The position numbers and the translations under genes are program-made. Below, one piece after another: positions 58,480 through 64,000 of a stretch of 64,000 nt of DNA. Every line of letters begins with the position of its first letter. Positions within the stretch are counted from its first letter, which is position 1. Source of the stretch: Ranitomeya imitator (lineage: Eukaryota); NCBI RefSeq assembly GCF_032444005.1, contig NC_091282.1, positions 36,518,001-36,582,000 of the forward strand, written 5' to 3'. The notes beneath the pieces were generated by a model, which searched no databases, had not been told where the DNA came from, and saw only the letters and a program-made list of their open reading frames with translations.

Positions 58480-61190
58480 ATGAAAAGAGATAAAGACCCA
58501 CCCTCACTTCATGTGGAAAGACAAAGACCCACCCATACTTTTTGTAGAGAAACAAAAGCCCACCCCCACTTCCAGGCGAGAGGCAAATGCCCACCTCCAA
58601 CTTCCTATAGACCATCCCCACTTCCTGTAGAGAGGCAAGGACCCTCCCCCACTTAATCTACAGAGATAGGCCCTCCCCCGCATACTGTATAGAGACTGCC
58701 TCTCCACATTTAGTGGTTGGGAGTTTCCATGACCTTCACCTATTTACTGTAGAATAACAAAAACTCTCTCAATCATCTTTTAGAGAGGCAAAAACCCTCC
58801 TCCATTTACTGTTGAGAGACAGAGACTCTTGACCACTTACTATGGAAAGACAAAGACCCTCCTCCACTTACTGTAGAAAGCAAAAACCCTACCCTACTTA
58901 CTGTAGAAAGCAAAGACCCTACCCTACTTACTGTAGAAAGCAAATACCCTACCCTACTTACTGTAGAAAGCAAAGACCCTACCCTACTTACTGTAGAAAG
59001 CAAAGACCCTACCCTACTTACTGTAGAAAGCAAAAACCCTACCCTACTTACTGTAGAAAGCAAAGACCCTACCCTACTTACTGTAGAAAGCAAATACCCT
59101 ACCCTACTTACTGTAGAAAGCAAAGACCCTCCCCTACTTACTGTAGAAAGCAAAGACCCTACCCTACTTACTGTAGAACGCAAATACCCTACCCTACTTA
59201 CTGTAGAAAGCAAAGACCCTACCCTACTTACTGTAGAAAGCAAAGCCCCTACCCTACTTACTGTAGAAAGCAAAGACCCTACCCTACTTACTGTAGAAAG
59301 CAAAGACCCTACCCTACTTACTGTAGAAAGCAAAGACCCTACCCTACTTACTATGGAAAGACAAAGACCCTCCTCCACTTACTGTAGAAAGCAAAGACCC
59401 TCCCTCACTTACTGTAGAAAGCAAAGACCCTACCCTACTTACTGTAGAAAGCAAAGACCCTACCCTACTTACTGTAGAAAGCAAAGACCCGACCCTACTT
59501 ACTGTAGAAAGCAAAGACCCTACCCTACTTACTGTAGAAAGCAAAGACCCTACCCTACTTACTATGGAAAGACAAAGACCCTACTCCACTTACTGTAGAA
59601 AGCAAAGACCCTACCCTACTTACTGTAGAAAGCAAAGACCCTACCCTACTTACTGTAGAAAGCAAAGACCCTACCCTACTTACTATAGAAAGCAAAGACC
59701 CTACCCTACTTACTGTAGAAAGCAAAGACCCTACCCTACTTACTGTAGAAAGCAAAGACCCTACCCTACTTACTGTAGAAAGCAAAGACCCTACCTTACT
59801 TACTGTAGAAAGCAAAGACCCTGCCCTACTTACTGTAGAAAGCAAAGACCCTACCCTACTTACTGTAGAAAGCAAAGACCCTACCCTACTTACTGTAGAA
59901 AGCAAAGACCCCACCCTACTTACTGTAGAAAGCAAAGACCCTACCCTACTTACTATGGAAAGACAAAGACCCTACTCCACTTACTGTAGAAAGCAAAGAC
60001 CCTCCCTCACTTACTGTAGAAAGCAAAGACCCTACCCTACTTACTGTAGAAAGCAAAGACCCTACCCTACTTACTGTAGAAAGCAAAGACCCCACCCTAC
60101 TTACTGTAGAAAGCAAAGACCCTACCCTACTTACTATGGAAAGACAAAGACCCTACTCCACTTACTGTAGAAAGCAAAGACCCTACCCTACTTACTGTAG
60201 AAAGCAAAGACCCTACCCTACTTACTGTAGAAAGCAAAGACCCTACCCTACTTACTATAGAAAGCAAAGACCCTACCCTACTTACTGTAGAAAGCAAAGA
60301 CCCTACCCTACTTACTGTAGAAAGCAAATACCCTACCCTACTTACTGTAGAAAGCAAAGACCCTACCCTACTTACTGTAGAAAGCAAAGACCCTACCCTA
60401 CTTACTGTAGAACGCAAATACCCTACCCTACTTACTGTAGAAAGCAAATACCCTACCCTACTTACTGTAGAAAGCAAAGACCCTACCCTACTTACTGTAG
60501 AAAGCAAAGACCCTAGCCTACTTACTGTAGAAAGCAAAGACCCTACCCTACTTACTGTAGAAAGCAAAGACCCTACCCTACTTACTATGGAAAGACAAAG
60601 ACCCTCCTCCACTTACTGTAGAAAGCAAAGACCCTCCCTCACTTACTGTAGAAAGCAAAGACCCTACCCTACTTACTGTAGAAAGCAAAGACCCTACCCT
60701 ACTTACTGTAGAAAGCAAAGACCCTACCCTACTTACTATAGAAAGCAAAGACCCTACCCTACTTACTGTAGAAAGCAAAGACCCTACCCTACTTACTATG
60801 GAAAGACAAAGACCCTCCTCCACTTACTGTAGAAAGCAAAGACCCTACCCTACTTACTGTAGAAAGCAAATACCCTACCCTACTTACTGTAGAAAGCAAA
60901 GACCCTCACCCATTTACTGTAAAGATGAAGAAAAGACCCTCCCCAACTTGTTGTGTAGAAGGAAAAACTCTCCCCCACTTACTTTAGAGAGGTAAAAACT
61001 CTTCCCCACTTACTGTAGAAAGACAAAGACCCTCACCCACATACTGTAGAGAGGAAAAAGACCCTCCCTAACATATTGTAAAGAAAGAAAAACCTTCCCC
61101 TGCTTTCTGTAAAGAGCCAAAGACCCTCCCAAATTACTGTCACCCACCTACTGAACAGAGAGAAAGGTCCCTCCACAATTTATTGTAGAG
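58480..61190. repeat. 30-bp minisatellite (CCCTACCCTACTTACTGTAGAAAGCAAAGA); homogeneous core 58840-60900 with decayed flanks
   Basis: About 68 core units, punctuated by a 31-bp variant containing CTATGGAAAGACAAAGA. Confidence 0.97.
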
Positions 61191-61219
61191 TGGCAAAATC
61201 CCTCCTTTACTTATGGTAT

Positions 61220-61621
61220 TGTAGGGATTTCACTCACTCAGCTGCGACGGCTGACACTCAGGAGACGTGTTCCTTTCAAGTTCACTGGGTTTATTGCTTC
61301 ATAAACCATGTGGCAAACAACAGAAAACAAATAGCCTTTGGTTCAGGTAAAGAAAAACAAGTGTCCAGTTCATCCGGCTCAGACCTGAAGCCGTAACACA
61401 CTCAGGAGGGTTTCACCTCCACACATATCTACCTGTGTTAAGCATTAGGCTTTCTTTTATATGTCTAACCACACCCAGAACCCATCACATGACCAGACAT
61501 GTGGTTGTGACATCACCACAGGTCCTGAAACACATATAGGTAGCCATGGTTACATCACAGCAACAAGCCATCTATAAGACACATATCTCCCATCGATTAG
61601 ACATCCTTTAGCCACGCTACA
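61220..61621 (-). repeat. 3' LTR of the Gmr1-like element
   Basis: TGTAG...CTACA inverted termini, immediately after the polypurine tract. Confidence 0.8.
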
Positions 61622-64000
61622 TACCTCCCCCCTCTGCCTAAAGCCGTGGGGCTTGGCACTTTCTCCCACTAGACAAGGGATTCTTGACAGGGCATCAGCA
61701 TTACCGTGCAGCTTTCCGGCCCTATGTTCCACATGGAAACAGAAGTCCTGCAGGGCTAAGAACCAACGGGTGACCCTAGCATTTCTACCCTTCGTTTCCC
61801 TCATCCACCTAAGTGGGGCATGGTCGGATAACAGTCTAAATTTACGTCCCAGCAAATAGTACTGTAATGTGTCGACTGCCCATTTTATGGCCAAGCACTC
61901 CTTTTCAACGACTGAGTAGTTCTTTTCAGACGAGGACAGCTTCCTACTCAGATAGAGAACAGGATGCTCCTCTCCATGTAGTTCTTGGGAAAGGACTGCT
62001 CCCACCCCAACATCTGAGGCATCTGTCTGAAGAATAAACTCTTTCTTGAAGTTTGGGGCCATCAGAACGGGTTGCTTACATAAAGCCTCTTTCATTTCTT
62101 GGAAGGCTGAATCTGTTTCTTCGGACCACTTAACCATTACTGATTTTGTCCCTTTTAGCAGGTCAGTCAGAGGCGCCGCCATTGTGGCGAAGTTTGGGAT
62201 GAACCTCCTGTAATATCCCACGATTCCCAGGAAGGCTTTAACTTGCTTCTTGGAAACTGGTTTTGGCCATGTTTGAATTGCCTCCACTTTACTGATTTGG
62301 GGTTTTATTTCTCCATGACCCACTATGTATCCAAGGTACTTAGCTTCTTCTTTACCCAATGCACACTTCTTCGGGTTTATTGTAAATCCGGCCTCTCTTA
62401 TAGCATCAAACACCGCTTGGACTTTCTCCAGATGACTCTCCCAGTCCGGGCTAAAGATGACGATATCATCTAGGTACGCAGCAGCGTATGCCTTGTGGGG
62501 TGCAAGGACTCTATCCATAGCCCTTTGGAAGGTGGCCGGAGCTCCCTGTAGGCCAAATGGCATCCGGACATACTGGAAGCATCCATCTGGTGTAGAAAAC
62601 GCCGTCTTCTCCTTGGCTTCCTGTGCCATGGGGATCTGCCAATACCCCTTCGTCAAATCCAAGGTGGTTATGTACCTGGCGGGCCCAAGCCTTTCGATGA
62701 GCTCATCAACTCGGGGCATGGGATATGCGTCGAACTTGGAGACCTCATTCAACTTCCTATAGTCGTTGCAAAATCTCCACTCCCCATCAGGTTTTGGGAC
62801 CAGGACAATTGGGCTCGACCAACCGCTCTTGGATTCCTCAATGACTCCAAGCTTCAACATACGCTCCACTTCCTTGGAGACTATTTCTCGTCGGGCCTCA
62901 GGAATTCTATAGGGCTTCACGTTCACGCGCACATGGGGCTCTGTCAGGACCTCATGCTCTATGACCTTCGTGTACCCAGGCAACTCGGAAAACAGGTCCC
63001 TGTTTTTCTGGAGTAACTCCCGGCATTGCTGTTTCTGGGACTCCGATAGCGTCTCCGCTATAGTAACCGCTCCAACCTCATCTTCTGGGTTGCTTAACAA
63101 CGATGGAGTTACTGTCGGCTCTCTATCTTGCCACGGCTTGATAAGGTTGACATGGTATACTTGGAATGGTTTCCGTCTTCCTGGTTGGTGAATTTTATAG
63201 TTTACTTCACCAAGTTTCTCGACAACCTCATATGGCCCTTGCCATTTGGCCAAGAACTTGCTTTCCACTGTCGGAACTAACACAAGAACTCGGTCTCCCG
63301 GATTGAATTGCCTCACTCTTGCAGACCGGTTGTAGACCCTGGCCTGAGCTTCTTGTGCTTGGAGAAGGTGTTCTTTCACGATAGGCATCACCTTTGCAAT
63401 CCTCTGCTGCATCAGGGCCACATGCTCAATGACGCTTCTGTGGGGCGTGACTTCGGCTTCCCAGGTTTCCTTGGCTATATCCAGGAGTCCTCGTGGATGT
63501 CGGCCATACAGAAGCTCAAACGGTGAGAAACCTGTGGAGGCCTGTGGAACTTCACGAATGGAAAACATCAAATAGGGTAAGAGACAATCCCAGTCTCTAC
63601 CGTCTTTCTCTATAGCTTTTCTCAGCATGCTCTTCAGTGTCTTGTTAAATCTCTCAACAAGGCCATCTGACTGGGGATGGTACACCGAGGTCCTCAACTA
63701 GGAGATTTTCAGGGCTTTGCATAGTTCCCTCATCACCTTGCTCATGAAAGGTGTCCCCTGGTCAGTCAGGATCTCCTTCGGCAGACCTGTCCGGGAAAAG
63801 ACATGGACCAACTCGCGAGCTATACTCTTTGAAGAAGAATTTCTCAAGGGAATTGCCTCAGGATAGCGTGTGGCGTAGTCCAGGATGACTAATATATACT
63901 GATGGCCCCGGGCTGATTTAACTAAGGGACCGACCAAGTCCATGGCAATTCTCTCGAATGGCACCTCAATAATGGGCAGTGGCACAAGGGGGTTCCGGAA
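61550..64000 (-). pseudogene. gypsy-type pol (integrase, RT, RNase H) with one premature TAG at 63698-63700
   Basis: Integrase AMDLVG/LTDQG/GLVERFN plus GPY motif (KWQGPYEV); RT LDLTKGYWQ, MPFGL and YLDD (62465-62476); RNase H TDAS, KECLA, SDH and ADALSR; one reading frame across the stop. Confidence 0.93.

Larger units (their letters stand above)
61220..64000 (-). mobile_element. Gmr1-like Ty3/gypsy LTR retrotransposon (3' part; continues beyond the window)
   Basis: pol order INT-RT-RNase H; polypurine tract AGAGGGGGGAGGTA (61622-61635, minus) abutting a 402-bp 3' LTR TGTAGCG...TCCCTACA (61621 down to 61220). Confidence 0.92.

Noticed and set aside
58806-60995. CRKQRPYPTY / STVSRVGSLL repeat proteins (mucin-like)
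   Set aside because: The 31-bp variant units shift the frame every 6-17 units on both strands.
63698-63700. Programmed stop-codon readthrough in pol
   Set aside because: The TAG lies inside the integrase core between the second Asp and the Glu, not at a gag-pol junction, and lacks a known readthrough context; a CAG-to-TAG mutation is simpler.

Overview
Repeat-rich vertebrate DNA, most likely anuran (inferred from the mix of T2/Kolobok-type TTAA MITEs, piggyBac, Penelope and Gmr1-like elements). No host gene, tRNA, rRNA or CRISPR array can be supported with confidence; two weak candidate exons are listed. Most of the window is transposable elements whose ends and target-site duplications (TSDs) can be read directly. 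(1) A 9.0-kb piggyBac (15626-24615, TTAA) with a train of ~18 hairpins, a predicted 5'-UTR intron holding ~309-bp repeats, a transposase broken by one missing G at the third catalytic Asp, and an ~11-copy ~393-bp array. (2) A 3.3-kb foldback PIF/Harbinger-type element with a solo LTR in one arm and a divergent pair of CTCF-consensus motifs at its apex. (3) A 12.2-kb hAT (34902-47086, 8-bp TSD) with an intact 1192-aa BED-finger transposase and three internal tandem arrays. (4) A DD38E (Intruder-type) Tc1 carrying five nested insertions, including a Penelope-like element whose inverted terminal repeats each hold a minimal hammerhead ribozyme motif with a compensatory A3:U8 core. (5) The 3' part of a Gmr1-like gypsy element with integrase upstream of RT-RNase H. 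Also present: an RTE-clade LINE 3' end expanded into a 187-bp array, four solo LTRs, several MITEs and three minisatellites.
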